Shown here: positions 26,521-39,039 of the stretch, in pieces | Layout of the letters: each line of letters begins with the position of its first letter | Numbering within the stretch: position 1 is the first letter of the stretch | From: Lama glama | Taxonomy: Eukaryota | Length of the DNA stretch: 64,000 nucleotides | Reading direction: 5' to 3' | Assembly: GCA_028534125.1 (NCBI GenBank) | Contig: CM052816.1 | Location: 67,024,001 to 67,088,000, forward strand | Notes under the pieces: generated by a model | Seen by the model: only the letters and a program-made list of their open reading frames with translations | The model's database searches: none | Told to the model about the DNA's origin: nothing | Translations under genes and position numbers: made by a program

Positions 26521-27112
26521 GGACTTTAAGCCATTTTGAGTTTATTTTTGTGTATGGTATGAAGGAGTATGACCCAATCAATTCTGAGCATATATCTGGA
26601 GGAAACTCTAATTCAAAAAGATACATGCATCCAATGTTCATAGCAGCACTGTGTACAATAGCCAAGAAATGGAAGCAACCTAAATGTCTATCAACAGATG
26701 ACTAGATAAAGAAGACGTGATGTATATACACAATGGAATACTGTTCAGCCATAAAAAAGAATAAAATATTGCCATTTGCAGCAACATGGATGGAACTGGA
26801 GATTATCATACTAAGTGAAGTCAGTCAGACAGAGAAAGAAAAATACCATAAGATATCACTCATGTGGAATCTAAAAAAAAAAAGGCACAAATGAACTTGT
26901 CTACAAAACAGAGACAAACTCACAGACAAAGAAAACAAACTTATAGTTACCAGAAGGAAAGGGGGCTGGAATGGATAAATTGGAAGTTTGAGATTTACAG
27001 ACACTAACCACTGTATATAAAATAGATAAACAACACGGTCCTACTGTATAGCACGGGAAACTGTATTCAATACCTTGTAATAGTCAAGAATGAAAAAGAA
27101 CATGAAAAGGAA

Positions 27113-27169
<57 letters not shown>

Positions 27170-27238
27170 GAATCAATATGCTGTATGCCAGAGTATAACA
27201 CAACATTGTAAATTGATGACACTTCAATTCAAAAAAAA
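26521..27238 (+). mobile_element. L1 3' end with a short 5' inversion (twin priming)
   Basis: 26521-26568 is antisense ORF2 (reverse complement cataccatacacaaaaataaactcaaaatggcttaaag). From ~26569 the sequence is sense ORF2 end plus 3'UTR. TSD aaaagcagaaagaa (26507-26520) / aaaggcagagagaa (27236-27249). Confidence 0.9.
27113..27168. repeat. (TATC)14 perfect tetranucleotide microsatellite in the L1 3'UTR
   Basis: Counted directly: 14 uninterrupted units. Confidence 0.97.
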
Positions 27239-27664
27239 GGCAGAGAGAAAGAGGGCTTTCAGGTGAGAAGTGCTACTGGCAGTAAAACAGAGAAGAGAGA
27301 AGCAATTAAAAGTTTTTGAGATAACTGTCTGGATAAATATGAACAGCAAAATTTAACACTTAACTAATGTAATCTGTAAGATGAGAAGGCAAAACAGGTC
27401 TTCCAAAGACAATATGGGTAAAAATGGCAGTAAAGCAAGATAAAACAAGGATCCGGCTTACAGATGCAATATTGTTTTGCATGTCTAAGACCATGGAACT
27501 GAGGATTTTCAACCAAGTTATAGATTATAAAGTGTCCAGGCCAATGTAGATTTTCAGCTGGGAGAGGTGATTTTATTGATTAAATTTTGCAGTGCACTTT
27601 GGAATGTTTTTCGAGGAGCAAGCAGGATGAGTTGCCCAGGAAGCAAAGCACGAACATTCAAACA

Positions 27665-27899
27665 CAGTCAGTCCTTGGTATTAGCATCCGCAGATTCAGC
27701 CAACTGCAGCTGGAAGTCCAGCTGGTGATTCCCTGGATTCAGAACTCGAGGATTCGGAGTGCTGACAGCTGACTGTACTGTGTCATTTCACATAATGGAG
27801 CATCCTTGGATTTTGATATCAATAGGGGAAGGGGGAGGAGGATGGTCATGGTACTTGGAACCAGTTCTCTGCAGATATGCAGATACCAAGAGTCAACCG
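27665..27899. mobile_element. MER2/Tigger3-like TcMar-Tigger MITE
   Basis: Terminal inverted repeats cagtcagtccttggtat / gataccaagagtcaaccg followed by TA. Internal gcatccgcagattcagccaac and gagcatccttggattttgatatc. Confidence 0.75.
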
Positions 27900-28884
27900 T
27901 ATTGATGAGTCCTATAAACAGAGACCACAGCTGTTCTCCAGGCTAACTGCAAAGCACTACCTAGGCAGAGAAAATATCACATAACTTTTTAAGTACCTGG
28001 ACTCAAAATACTGTGTACTTTCTTTTCATGCTGAAAATGTATTATAGAATGTAATCTATCAAGTGTGGTTTGAAAACGGGTTTTTCCCAATGTACATAAA
28101 CATGAAACTTTGTTATATTTTTACAGAAAATTCATAAATAATAAATTCAAGCCAATCCAGGTATTTAAAGGACAGCTTTCACATCCAGCTCACTGAAAGG
28201 CCATGCTAAACAGAGCCTTGAAAATAATTTATTAGGATGTACAACATATTTATATAAACAGCTTATGGAACAAGAATTCAGAGTTACGTGATATACACTA
28301 GGAATAATTTCATCCCCAATTAAGAAAATACATAAGTAGAGACTGTTTCTTTCATATACCATATTTTTGCAAAACTGAAGCACTATCAACTAGAAAACAA
28401 TCATTCTATTGTTCTTGAAAAAAGAAAATTGCTGCCAATAACTATGAAAAATGCTATTTTATTTCTTAGAATCTTATTAGATACAGATGCATTAAGCATG
28501 GATCTGTTTGATACACAGAATCACCTCTGTGTATCTTCTTTAATAATGTGAACTACACTGGTTAAGATATCTCTAAACTCATTTAAATTCAGAGTTTAAT
28601 TCTCCCCAATTATTTTAAACTCAAAAGTGCCAGTAGTTTTTCCACTCTGTATTGCTCTCTGTGTCTTCAAGAGCAGAAGTTACTTATTCTTAGAACAGTC
28701 TTTTAAAGAACTGAATGCCACTGCTGCTAAACTTAAAAGATAATTTTCAAAGTAGGCAGATTTCTGCCTTAAAGAATGTTGCTAAAACCTATCTAATCCA
28801 CAGTCTCCCCCATCTCCTCTCCTAGTTTTTTTTTAACCTCTCTTAGTTTTTAGAGATAAAAAGAATGCTCTGCTATATCTCCAA

Positions 28885-29433
28885 GCCACTGACACATTCC
28901 TGTTTCAAAGACGTTAAAGTATCAAAACAAATGTGTACTTTAAAATCTAATAAAATACTATAATAAGAAGTCTGATGATAGGGGATTTGTGGTAGCTTCA
29001 ATGTTGATAATATCAAAGGGGCTCCTTTTATCCTTCTGTTTCATGTGTCTTGTGGTCTCATGGTCACAGGATGGCTGCTACAGCATTAGGCATCATGTCT
29101 ACATTTGAAGGAGGAAAAAGGAAGGAGTACAGGATAGCAGTGACACAACTGCTATTTTATCTGAAAAGCAAATCTTTCTCAGAAGCCTCCTGGCAGGATC
29201 TCTCCTTCATTGTCCATAATATAGCTATATGACTTCATATGCTGCAAGGAAAGCTGGGAAATGTAGTAGTTGGCATAGAAGAATGTGATTCCTGACTAGC
29301 TTAACCTCATCTCAAATCATGAAATGAACATGTGTAATTACTATTCCAAACAAAATCAAGGATCTACTAGCAAGAAAAGAGGAAAGAAATAGCTTTTGGA
29401 GTACTTTCACGGCAACTAGCCATGTCTGCTATA
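28885..29433 (-). mobile_element. MaLR LTR (MLT1K/L-like)
   Basis: ctcatggtcacaggatggctgctacagc; gctgcaaggaaagctgggaaatgtagt; aacaaaatcaaggatctactagcaagaaaag; ggcaactagccatgtctgctata. Confidence 0.75.
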
Positions 29434-30349
29434 TATGGTTAAAAAAAAAAAAGGAAAAGAAAAAAAGACATTCCTTTTAAAAATTTAGCTATTTTTCTTA
29501 AATTAGCAGTTAGAGAAAATCTCTAGTTTTAGGTCAGAGAAATAATAATCAGGGGTCTAAGAGAGACTGAGGCATTTATAAAAGTCTGATTTTTTTTTTA
29601 GTGATCTAGAATTCACTAACACATAGATACTGTACCATTTTAGACTTTTAATTTCATATCAGTTATTATGTACTTCATCCCCCTTTCCTAGCAAATGCTG
29701 GATAGTTTCAATAGCATCTCTCCCTGTAAGTTATCAATGAGAATAATCAGTTTTTGATTTGCTATTTTTTTTAATTAGGGTTAATTTTCTGGTATGATTA
29801 AAGGATAGTATCTTTACAAGTCTCATTTAATAGATTATTTCAATTTCTGATATGGATAATGTATAGGCTAAAATAGGAGAACTTCTGGAGAAGGTCTACC
29901 TTTTCATGACCCTGAATGTATTGTTGCCCAGCCAAGTATTAGCATATAATGAGCATAAGGAGTATACCTTTCTCCTTCTGCAATAAGTAATTAGTAATGA
30001 AGAATTATGAACTCCTCTAACATCTTCTTCTGTGGGCTTGTTAAATGAATGATAAAACTAAAATAATATGAAATCCCCAATAAGCAACCAATCCTGGTAT
30101 GTGATGTTGACTGGCTTGAGAATAATATTGGAATAAGACCACTGAACACCATTTTACTTTTTGTTAAAGCTCTTTAGGGGTCAATCTTCACCAAGCTGAG
30201 AGTCTTTTAGGAGAGAGAAGTAACTCTATTATCATTTGACCTGAGGAGTCCACAATGCACCAGGATTTTTTGTAAACCTGATGAGAGAAAAACGTCAGCC
30301 ATCTAGGGAGTTAAGGGGTCTCCAAGCATAGGGGACAGAATGAACTTCA

Positions 30350-30432
30350 AGGCCCAGGGCTCAGGATTCCAGTCACAGCTGCCCTACTTCCTAGCTGTGT
30401 GACTTTAGCCACTCATTTATCCTTTGAGCTTT
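30350..30432 (+). mobile_element. MIR fragment
   Basis: ctgccctacttcctagctgtgtgacttt. Confidence 0.6.
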
Positions 30433-31458
30433 GTACAGCCTAGCACTGTTCCCACCCATGGCAGGCAGTCAACAAGTGACCAGTACTAATTAACATCCAC
30501 GCTCCTTCTCAAGGTCAAACTTAGAAGGGAGGAGTGTGAACTGGGGTTTCCCAGCAAGCTTCTGACCCCAAAACACACATCATCTGCCATGTGACAAGGC
30601 CTAGGACCCAGTGATCCATGCCTTTGAATTACAATGAAGTAGCACTTCTCACAGATCATAAGGTCTCTAAGGGCCAAAGTTTATTATTAACCTTTGCAGC
30701 TACACTTCTTATTCTAGCAGAGCTCTTATTCTCTTTTAATACATTAGGGACAAAATAAGTCTTTATAGAAAGAATTATACTAATTTCATTTAAATGCAAG
30801 GAGTCTTTGCATTTCTATCTTTAAAAGGGTAAAAAAATCTGTCAGGTCCCTTTCAAAAGGAACAGGGAAGGGAGAGAAAGTGAGAATATGTCACAGAAGG
30901 CCTTTGCTGGATGACCTAGAGACAGATTAAGCATGTATCTAGGGTATCAACAAGGCAGAAGCACCAAAAGAAGTTTTAGGAAATAATTTTAGAGCTTCCG
31001 GGTAAAAACATTACAGCAACAAAATGTCATCATCATGAAAAATATCAGAACTGATTTTTCAACATGGTAATGTATTCTTTTAAATCAAAATAAAGAGGAT
31101 ATATGTCTTATAGTGTTGTCAGGGCTTTAGGGCCTCCAGAGATTTCAATCTGGCCTTGCTGGAAGCATTGGCAAAACCTGACAAACACTGTCTAACTAAG
31201 GTGGTCATGGCAGTTAGTATCAGCAGAAGTAAGTTTTACTGATCATATGTATCATACATATCATACAGAGCCATTGTGTTTCATGCCAAGATGTTTGCTT
31301 AAACCTATGTCAGAACTTCTCCAGGTAGAGAAGATTCAGACATGGTTATAAATTCAAGTGCCTACATGGATGAAACATATATTTTTGTTCATCTTCTCAA
31401 CACCACCCTCCTCCCTTCTCCCTTCCTGGTAGACTCCCAATTGTGTTCAGATATATAC

Positions 31459-31940
31459 CTTCCTCCAGGTATAACTCAGTGTTTTTCAGTGTATTCACAA
31501 AGTTGTCCAACCATTTACCTAACACCAAACATTTTCATCATCCCAAAGGAAATGCCACACTCACAACCAGTTTCTCCCGACTCCCTCCTCCCAGTCCCTG
31601 GCAACCACTAATATACTTTATATGTAGATTTGCATTTTCTTAGTATTTAATATAAATGGGATAAAAAATATGTGGTCTTTTGTGACTGGCTTCTTTCACT
31701 GAGCATAATGTTTTCAAGATTCATCTGTTGTAACATGTATCAATACTGTGTTTCTTTGTATTGCCAAGTAATAATCAACTATATGGATGTACCACATTGT
31801 ATTTATCCATTTATCAGTTAAAGAGCATTTGGGTCATTTCTACATTTTGGCTATTATGAATAATGCTGCTGCAAACCTTTGTGCACATGTTTCGTGTAGA
31901 CATGTGTTTTCACTTCTCTTGGGTGGATACCTATTAGGAA
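31459..31940 (-). mobile_element. L1MB-type 3' end
   Basis: tattcacaaagttgtccaaccat...cccagtccctggcaaccactaat...tttgtgactggcttctttcactgagcataatgttttcaag. Confidence 0.85.
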
Positions 31941-32504
31941 TTTTGTTTTTACTCTAAGTGAGATTGGGCATTACTGGAAACTTTTGAGCAAAGTAATGAT
32001 TCACACTTTGAAAGGACCATCTTGAATCATATGTTAAGGATAGATGGTCATTAGAAAAGGATGGAAGCCTGGTTAAAGACCTGGTTTAGGAAACAACTGC
32101 TGGCACTGCAGGTGTAACTTAACACAGAGGTGAAAGCCTGCATGGCTGACAACAAACCCCAAAGACTAATGCAACACTGGAGCAAGGATACAATTTTCCC
32201 ATTGCAGAAAGCTGCTTTCATCACTTGAAAAGAAACATAAAAAGAATGTTCTGGTTCTTTCTGGACCCACAGACAATGACTGAACTACTGTTAAATGGGA
32301 CAGACCGTGAGTTTCCTGTTGCCCAAAAGATACACCCCGCTGCACACCGATGTTCAGACCCACCACTGGTCTTCATCCAACTGATGCGAGACCCTAAAAT
32401 TAGCATAGATGGTTTGTTGAGATTAAAGTGAGATTAAAGTCAACAACAATGGGATATAAGCAACTAAAGAAAGCACAAGGAAGCCTATAGTTTTCAAGGC
32501 AACT

Positions 32505-32737
32505 GTATAGAGGTAAAATGAACAGACCTGGGCTCAGAAGCCTTGCTCTTCTCTGTTCTTGCCCTGGTGGCTTCGTGTTTGTAGACAAATCATTTAGCCT
32601 CTCTGAATCTCAGTGTCTTTGCCTATGAAACAGAGCTCACATGTACTTCACATGGTATTTCTGGAAAATAAATTAGGTAGCAAGTGTAGCCAGTCTAACA
32701 CAGTGTGGGGCACATCCCCCAGAATCAGTTATTACTA
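32505..32737 (+). mobile_element. MIR SINE inside the composite insertion
   Basis: cagacctgggctc...acaaatcatttagcctctctgaatctcagtgtctttgcctatgaaa...aacacagtgtggggcacat. Confidence 0.65.
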
Positions 32738-32907
32738 GATCTTAAATCCTTCTTACCCTCCAAATCTCCTACAACAATGACTCTCTGGAGTTCATTTCAT
32801 TGCAAATAGTTACAGTATAACCCAGACCCCAGCCCGCCTCTGCGTGTGCATACGTGCTGTTAACACCAGACCTGCCCTGCCGTGCATCGATATTCTGCTC
32901 AGATGAT

Positions 32908-33267
32908 GAAGAAAAATACCATATGATATCACTTATATGTGGAATCTTAAAAAAAAAAAAAGACACAAATGAACTTATTTACAAGACAGAAATTTGTGGT
33001 TACCAGAGGAGAAAGGGGGGAGGGGAGGGACAAATTGGGAGTATGCAGATACTAACTGCTATATACAAACTAAATAAACAACAAGGTCCTACTGTAAAGC
33101 ACAGGGGACTATATGCTATGGCTTGTAATGACCTGTAATGAAACAGAATGTGAAAAGGAATATATATATATAATTGAATCACTATGCTGTATACCAGAAA
33201 CTAACATGCATTGTAAATTGACTATATTTCTATTAAAATTTTTAAAAAGATGAAAAAAAAAAAAAGA
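32908..33267 (+). mobile_element. L1 3' end (last ORF2 codons and 3'UTR)
   Basis: EKYHMISLICGI in ORF 32854-33138; acaacaaggtcctactgt; ttgtaaattgactata; A-tail. Confidence 0.9.
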
Positions 33268-33690
33268 AAAAGGATGGAAGCCGGGAGATCAGTTTGAAGC
33301 TGGTAAAGTCAGGGAGGTACGAGTGGCTGAGACCAAGAATGCAGCAGCAGTGGAGGTGGTGGTAGAGGTGCCAAGAGTATGTAAATACACCAAAAGGAGA
33401 GGTAACTAGATTTCCATATGGAAGTGATATAAGGTGTGAGATGAAACCAAATGTCAAGGAAGATTCCAAGGTTTTTGTCCTCAAGAACAAGAAAAGTAGA
33501 GGTGTCATTTACTGAAAGAGAAAATACTGGGGTAGGAGCAGGTTGAGGGAGAAGTCAAAAGTTTGGAGTTAGCTGTTCAATAGATACCTAAGGAGAGACT
33601 TAGGGATATACAGTGAGATCTGGAGTTTGGAGAAGACTATGAGCTAAAGATATAAGTTTCAGAAGTCAGTGTATAGTGGTATTTAAAATA

Positions 33691-34030
33691 AAAGAAAAAA
33701 GAAGACACTAATGAACTTATCTACAAAACAGAAATAAACTCACAGACATAGTAAACAAACTTATGGTCACCTAAAGGAAAGGGGGTGGGAAGGGATAAAT
33801 TGGGAGTTCGAGATTTGCAGATACTACTAAATATTAAATAGATAAACAACAAGTTTCTATTGCATAGCACAGAGAACTATACTCAATACCTTGTAGTAAC
33901 CTACAATGAAAAAGAGTATGAAATTGAATATGTATGTATATGTATGACTGAAACATTATGCTGTACACCAGAAACAGACACATTGTAACTGATGATACTT
34001 CAATTTTTTTAAAAGAGAGAAAAAGGAAGA
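33691..34030 (+). mobile_element. Short L1 3'UTR insertion
   Basis: gaagacactaatgaacttatctacaaaacagaa...gggataaattgggagttcgagatttgcag...cattgtaactga...cttcaat. Confidence 0.9.
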
Positions 34031-34080
34031 AAGCCAGGATTTGAATCAAGAGCCCACTTTCTTAACCGATGCATGCCTAA

Positions 34081-34110
34081 AATTAATTAATTAATTAATT
34101 AATTAATTAA
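34081..34110. repeat. (AATT)7.5 self-complementary microsatellite
   Basis: aattaattaattaattaattaattaattaa. Confidence 0.95.
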
Positions 34111-34464
34111 TAAGTAAAATCATCTCAGATTCTTTTAAACCCAAGTAGCATCCTTTCCTCCATCTCTTCAGCACCTGTGGGTCCAATGGCTAGTTTCTCC
34201 AGCAAATTCCATAGTTGTGTAGGGAAATACCTACAAAGCATTATCCAACCTATCCTAGGGCACAAATGACTGCATGAGCAGCAAAAAAAAAAGCTGTGGC
34301 CTTTTGTCTTGCTCAGTACAGAAGGTATCTTACCCTTTGTACACACCTGGTGCGGTGCCAGCCCTGGCCAGCACTCTATGTTACTAGCTGTAATCTTACC
34401 TCAATGGATTCTTTCCCTCTCTACCAGCCTATTAGCTCTTTGAGGAAAGGAACTGTCCTATGTC

Positions 34465-34958
34465 TGTACATTCATTTTCTATTGCTATTGTTACACACAA
34501 ACGTTGTGGGTTAAAACAACAAAAGTGTATTATCCTATGGTTCTGGAGATCAGAAGCACAAAATCAGTCTCACTGGGCTAAAGCTGAGGTGTCACCAGGA
34601 TTGGGCTGCTTTCTAGAGGTTCCTGGGGAGAATCCATTTCCTTGTCTCTTTCAGCTTCTAGACACTACCTGCACTCTTTGGCTCATGATCTCATTTTTCC
34701 AACTTCAAAACCAACAACGCTGGGCTGAGACCTTTTTATGTTCCCATTTCACTGGTCCTCCTTCTTTTGCCCCCCTTTTCCACTAATGTGCACCTTTATG
34801 ATTACACTGAGCCCACTTGAGTAACCCAGGATACCTTCCCCATTTCAAAATCAGCTGCTCAGCAACTTTAATTCCCCTTTGCCAAGTAACCTATTTATTT
34901 ACCAGTTCCTGGGATAAGGATGTGAAAATCTTTTGGGGGAAATACTTTTTGCCTACCA
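34465..34958 (-). mobile_element. MaLR LTR (MLT1C/D-like) inserted in an L2 3' end
   Basis: ggttaaaacaacaaaagtgtattatcctatggttctggagatcagaag...ggagaatccatttccttg...attacactgagcccac...tgcctacca. Confidence 0.85.
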
Positions 34959-35509
34959 TGGTCTGGAATCTATAGCTCTGAGCACCATGCTTAGTGCATT
35001 ACAGCACTCAATGACTGTAAATGAATGCATCTCTCAGTACCTACAGCTAGGTGTTTTCCTCTAAACCCAGAAAATAGCCTACCATTAAGGAGCACACCTG
35101 CTCAGTCTATTTTCAGTGGAATCCAGGAGAAGAGAGAGATGTAAAGCAGTTTTTGAAGAGTTTTAAGTTAGCACTTCAGTAATTTAGAATACCTTAAAAT
35201 TAGGTATTGGTAGATGACAGGAGTAGAAACCCTTAAAGAAAGAAAACATTCAATATCCAATCCTAAGTATCTTACTTGTAGCTTAGTGTATGAAGCCTAC
35301 ATTTAAGGGCTTGTGATTCTTAAGTAGTCCAGAGAATTGAATTCAAAACAGTTGAATCCTCTGATTAACACTAACATTGAAATAATTTTCAAGTATTTTG
35401 CCAAGATCCTATATAAGTATCATAGCCAGACCATCAAAGCAGTGAGAACCACCCGGCAAAATGTCTTGACCACATCAACCCCTACAGAACTCTGAGTATC
35501 CCCATTACA

Positions 35510-35655
35510 CTCTATTTATATTATTTGTCTGTTTTTCCTCTTAGTCCATGAGCTTCCTGTGAATACTGCTCATTTGCTCCTCTAACTCATTATTGTAACC
35601 CCAGTGTTTGGCACACCGTAGGTATTCAATCAATCAATCAACCATCAGTGAATGA
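35510..35655 (+). mobile_element. L2 3' end
   Basis: tttgtctgtttttcc...tgagcttcc...ccccagtgtttggcacaccgtaggtattcaat. Confidence 0.65.
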
Positions 35656-36534
35656 CTCTGCTGAATTACTATGCACAAAGCACATATTGAATCAGAGGCT
35701 GCTTTTTCATCCTCATTGTATTCACCCTTAGACCTTGGACACTCAGTCTTTTTTAAGTTTTTCTTGGGACATCTGCCCTTTGACTCATTCTTCAGACTCT
35801 GACCTCTAGATTGTCTTGAAGAGACATTCATTTGTCAGTTAATTAGCAAACTGTTCTCTGTCCCACACAGTGGAACAAGAACACTGCATATCACCATTCT
35901 GACTGTGTTGCTGACAAAGTCACAGAAGTGCATGTTTCTCTTCAGTGTATCTTCAGGCTGAGTCTTTGCAAAAGAAATATTTTTGTGGGTTTATCTGAGA
36001 ACATGTTGTAAGCAAAGTTTATAGGTTGGGTTTATTTGATTTTTATTTCATTTTTCAAATCTAACTCCCTTGAATTTGTGAGTAATCTTGAGCAATTATG
36101 AAAATGTGAGTCATCCTGGGAATCAATTTCAAACACTTTATCTTTCCAAAAATGGGCTGCTTGTCATCATGAGTGAACAGATTTTCAAGAAGTGGTTCAT
36201 AGAACCACAGAATTTCCTAGGGGTTGTTGAGAAGTCTATTGATGGAAAACACATAATGTATTTTATCAAATTCCACCCCAACCTGACATAAAGAGCTTTT
36301 GGTTCTAGGGCATGAGAGAAGTTTTTAAAATTTTTTTAAAGTTAGCACACATTAAAAGGAAAGAAAATATTTTGTGGAAGTGAGCTCTCTCACCACTGAT
36401 TTCTGCTTATCACTAACTCCAATCTGTATCAGAGTAGTAGCTTAAGATAACAGAACACTGAGAAGGTATGGAGTAGTGATTTGGTCCATAATCTTATTTT
36501 CAACCAAACTATACTTCTGAGGGGAACAAGACTG

Positions 36535-36785
36535 TACAACCTCAAGGTTTGAGAGCCTGGATTCCTGAACCAGACTTTCTGAGTTTGAGTCTCAGTTTGG
36601 CCAGTTACTTAGCTGTGAGACCTTAACAAAAGCTTAACTCTCTGTCTCAGTACTCTCTCCTGTAAAATGGAATATGATAATAGAAACCATCTCCTTGAAT
36701 TGTTGCAAGGATTAAATACATTAAATATATTAATGTATGTAAAATCAATGTGCAGTGCTTGGCACAGGGTGCTATTATTATTACT
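36535..36785 (+). mobile_element. MIR SINE
   Basis: ttacttagctgtgagacctt...ctctgtctcagt...ctgtaaaatgg...ttgttgcaaggattaaat...cagtgcttggcaca. Confidence 0.85.
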
Positions 36786-36819
36786 GCTATCTGGATCTCG
36801 CCATTATCACTGTACGTGT

Positions 36820-37720
36820 GTTCTCTCTCTAAACGGTCTCATCTAGTCTCATGCCTGTAGGTACCATCGAGGCTACATAAGACTCCCAAGTGCATAGCAC
36901 CATCCCTGGATGCTCCTCTGAGCTCCATGTGCATTTAGTTGAAGTCCTCCTGACATGGCCCCTTGAGTGGCTTATAAGCATCTCAAACTTGACAGGTCTT
37001 AAACAGAACTGTTGACATCCTCTACAAACCTGCTTTTCTCCAAGTCTTCCATAGCAAACAGCATTGTCATATACTCCTTTGCTCAGTGCAGAAAACTTGG
37101 AATAATCTTTTGTCCTCACAGTCATATAATCCCACCTGCATTACCTATGAAATACAACCTAAAAATATTTAGTTTTTTTTTAACATATCCCTGGCTTCCA
37201 CTCTAGTCCAAAAAATTATGGCCTTTCATCTGGACTATCATAGCAAGAGCTTTTACCAAGTCTTCTATATCCACTCTTGACCCCTGTAAACCCTTTTCCA
37301 TGGTCATGGCTTACTATCAGCCTCTGAATACAATCAGAACTCCTCACTGTGGCCTAGAAGAGCCTGAATGATTTGACTCCTGTCTACCTGACCAACCTCA
37401 AATCCAACCACTGGTCTCTACCTGTCAGAACAAGCCAAGCTCTTCACTGTCTCAAGGCCTTTGTGTTTGCTTTTTCCTCCACTTGAGATGTTCTTCCCTT
37501 GGAATTTTGTGTGGTTAGTTCTTTCTTGCCATTTATCTGTCAGCTCAAAGCTTCTTCCCCAGAGGTCTCCATCCCCACCCCTGGAGTTGTATGCTGTTAG
37601 ATTACCCTATCTTATTTACTGTGTCACATTTATGACTAGCTAAAATTAGCCTCTTTATTTTTAGCATATCTATTATTGACTGGTCTGTATTGGACATACA
37701 ATGCGCTCTAACACATAGTT
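36820..37720 (+). mobile_element. L2 LINE fragment
   Basis: gactcccaa...ctcctctgagctcca...gcatctcaaacttgaca...aaaacttggaataatcttt...ctcaaggcctttgtgtttgc. Confidence 0.8.
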
Positions 37721-37725
37721 GGCCC

Positions 37726-38203
37726 TGTTGCAGAATCATGGTCCTCCAAAGATGTCTATGTCCAAATCCTCAGAACCTGTGAATATGTTACCTTATATAG
37801 CAAAAGAGAACTTTCAGATTTGTTTAAACTAAAGATCTTGAGATTTAGAGATTATCCTGGATTATCTGGATGAGCCCAATGCAATTACAAGAGGCCTTAT
37901 ACAAGGGTCACAAGGGTTCTAAAAGAGGGTCACAGTCAGAGAGACAGGAGATGTGACAATGAGAGCAGGAGATGGAGGGATGCACTTGGAAGATGGAGGA
38001 AGGGGACATACACCAGGCAATGAAAAAGGCAAGGGAACAAATTCTCCCCTAGAGCCTCCAGAAGGAATGGAGCCCTGCTGACACCTTGATTTTAGCTCTG
38101 TAAGACCTATGTTGGGTTTTTTTACCTCCAGAACCAGAAAGATAATAAATTTACATAATTTATTTGTGATAATTTGTTACAGCAGCAACAGGAAATAAAC
38201 ACA
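37726..38203 (+). mobile_element. MLT1D MaLR solo LTR with perfect TSD
   Basis: TG...CA ends, gaacctgtgaatatgttacc, gagattatcctggattatc, aatttgttacagcagcaacaggaaa. 5-bp TSD GGCCC at 37721-37725 and 38204-38208. Confidence 0.93.
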
Positions 38204-38239
38204 GGCCCTCAAATATGTTTGCTGAAAGAACAAAAGGAT

Positions 38240-38870
38240 TCTAAGTGTCAGGAATAAAACAGTGAAGAAAAAATAGCAGATGTACATTTCTGTCCTCATA
38301 GAGGGTATAATCTAATGGAGGGGGAGAAAACAAAAAATAAATAATAAAATATATTCTGTGGTAAAGTAGGTCATAAGCACTGGAGGAAAAGATAAATCAG
38401 AAAAATAGGAAGGGCTGGCTGGAGGTTACTGCAATTTTAAATAGTCTTTTTAGGGAGAGCTTCAATGAGAAACAGAGAGCTTAAACGAACACTTGGAGGA
38501 GGAGAGGGAGCCAGCAATGCAGACAAGAGGGAACAGAGCTCTAGGTTGAGGGACCAGCTAGTGATGACTTAGAAGAGAGGGCTCCTGATGTGCTAAAGGA
38601 GTGACATGGAGGCCAATGAGGCTGGAACAGAGGAGTGAAGGGGAGTAGCTGGACTGCAGTCAGAGAGGTGGGTGGGTGTGAGCAGATTACAGACACCATT
38701 GCAAGGACAGAGGCTATTACTCCAAGTGAGAGGGGAGCCTTTTAAGCAAAGAAATGCCATCATCTGATTTACATTTTGAAAGGACCATTTGGGCTCAAGC
38801 AAGGTTGAGTTGGACAAGGAAGGAAGCAGGAGCATCAGTTAGAAGGTTTGGCCTTGTTCCAGATGAGGGA
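38240..38870 (-). mobile_element. L2 LINE fragment
   Basis: ctgtcctcatagagggtataatctaatgg...ggaggccaatgaggctggaacagag...catctgatttacattttgaaaggacca. Confidence 0.8.
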
Positions 38871-39039
38871 CGAAGAGCCCCTGGAACGCATGCTGGCCAT
38901 GGAGGCACCCTGCCAGAACCAATTTACCCTCCTGCTGGCCAACCTCTACTCTTTCTGAAGATTCAACTAAGTGTTCTCTTCTGTTGTTTTTTTTCCCCCA
39001 AACTTCTCTACTTCTCCTTCATTCCCAAAATGAATAGAG

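Larger units (their letters stand above)
32070..33267 (+). mobile_element. TSD-flanked composite retroposed insertion (non-L1 DNA + MIR + L1 3' end + A-tail)
   Basis: Exact 15-bp direct repeat AAAAGGATGGAAGCC at 32055-32069 and 33268-33282. An A-rich tail lies immediately before the second copy. Confidence 0.7.
31941..33690 (-). mobile_element. L2 fragment split by the 32070-33267 insertion
   Basis: L2 at 31941-32069 (actctaagtgagattggg...ttttgagca...ctttgaaaggaccatc) resumes at 33283 (gggagatcagtt...gcagtggagg...tgtcaaggaagattccaaggttttt...gtcatttactga). Confidence 0.75.
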
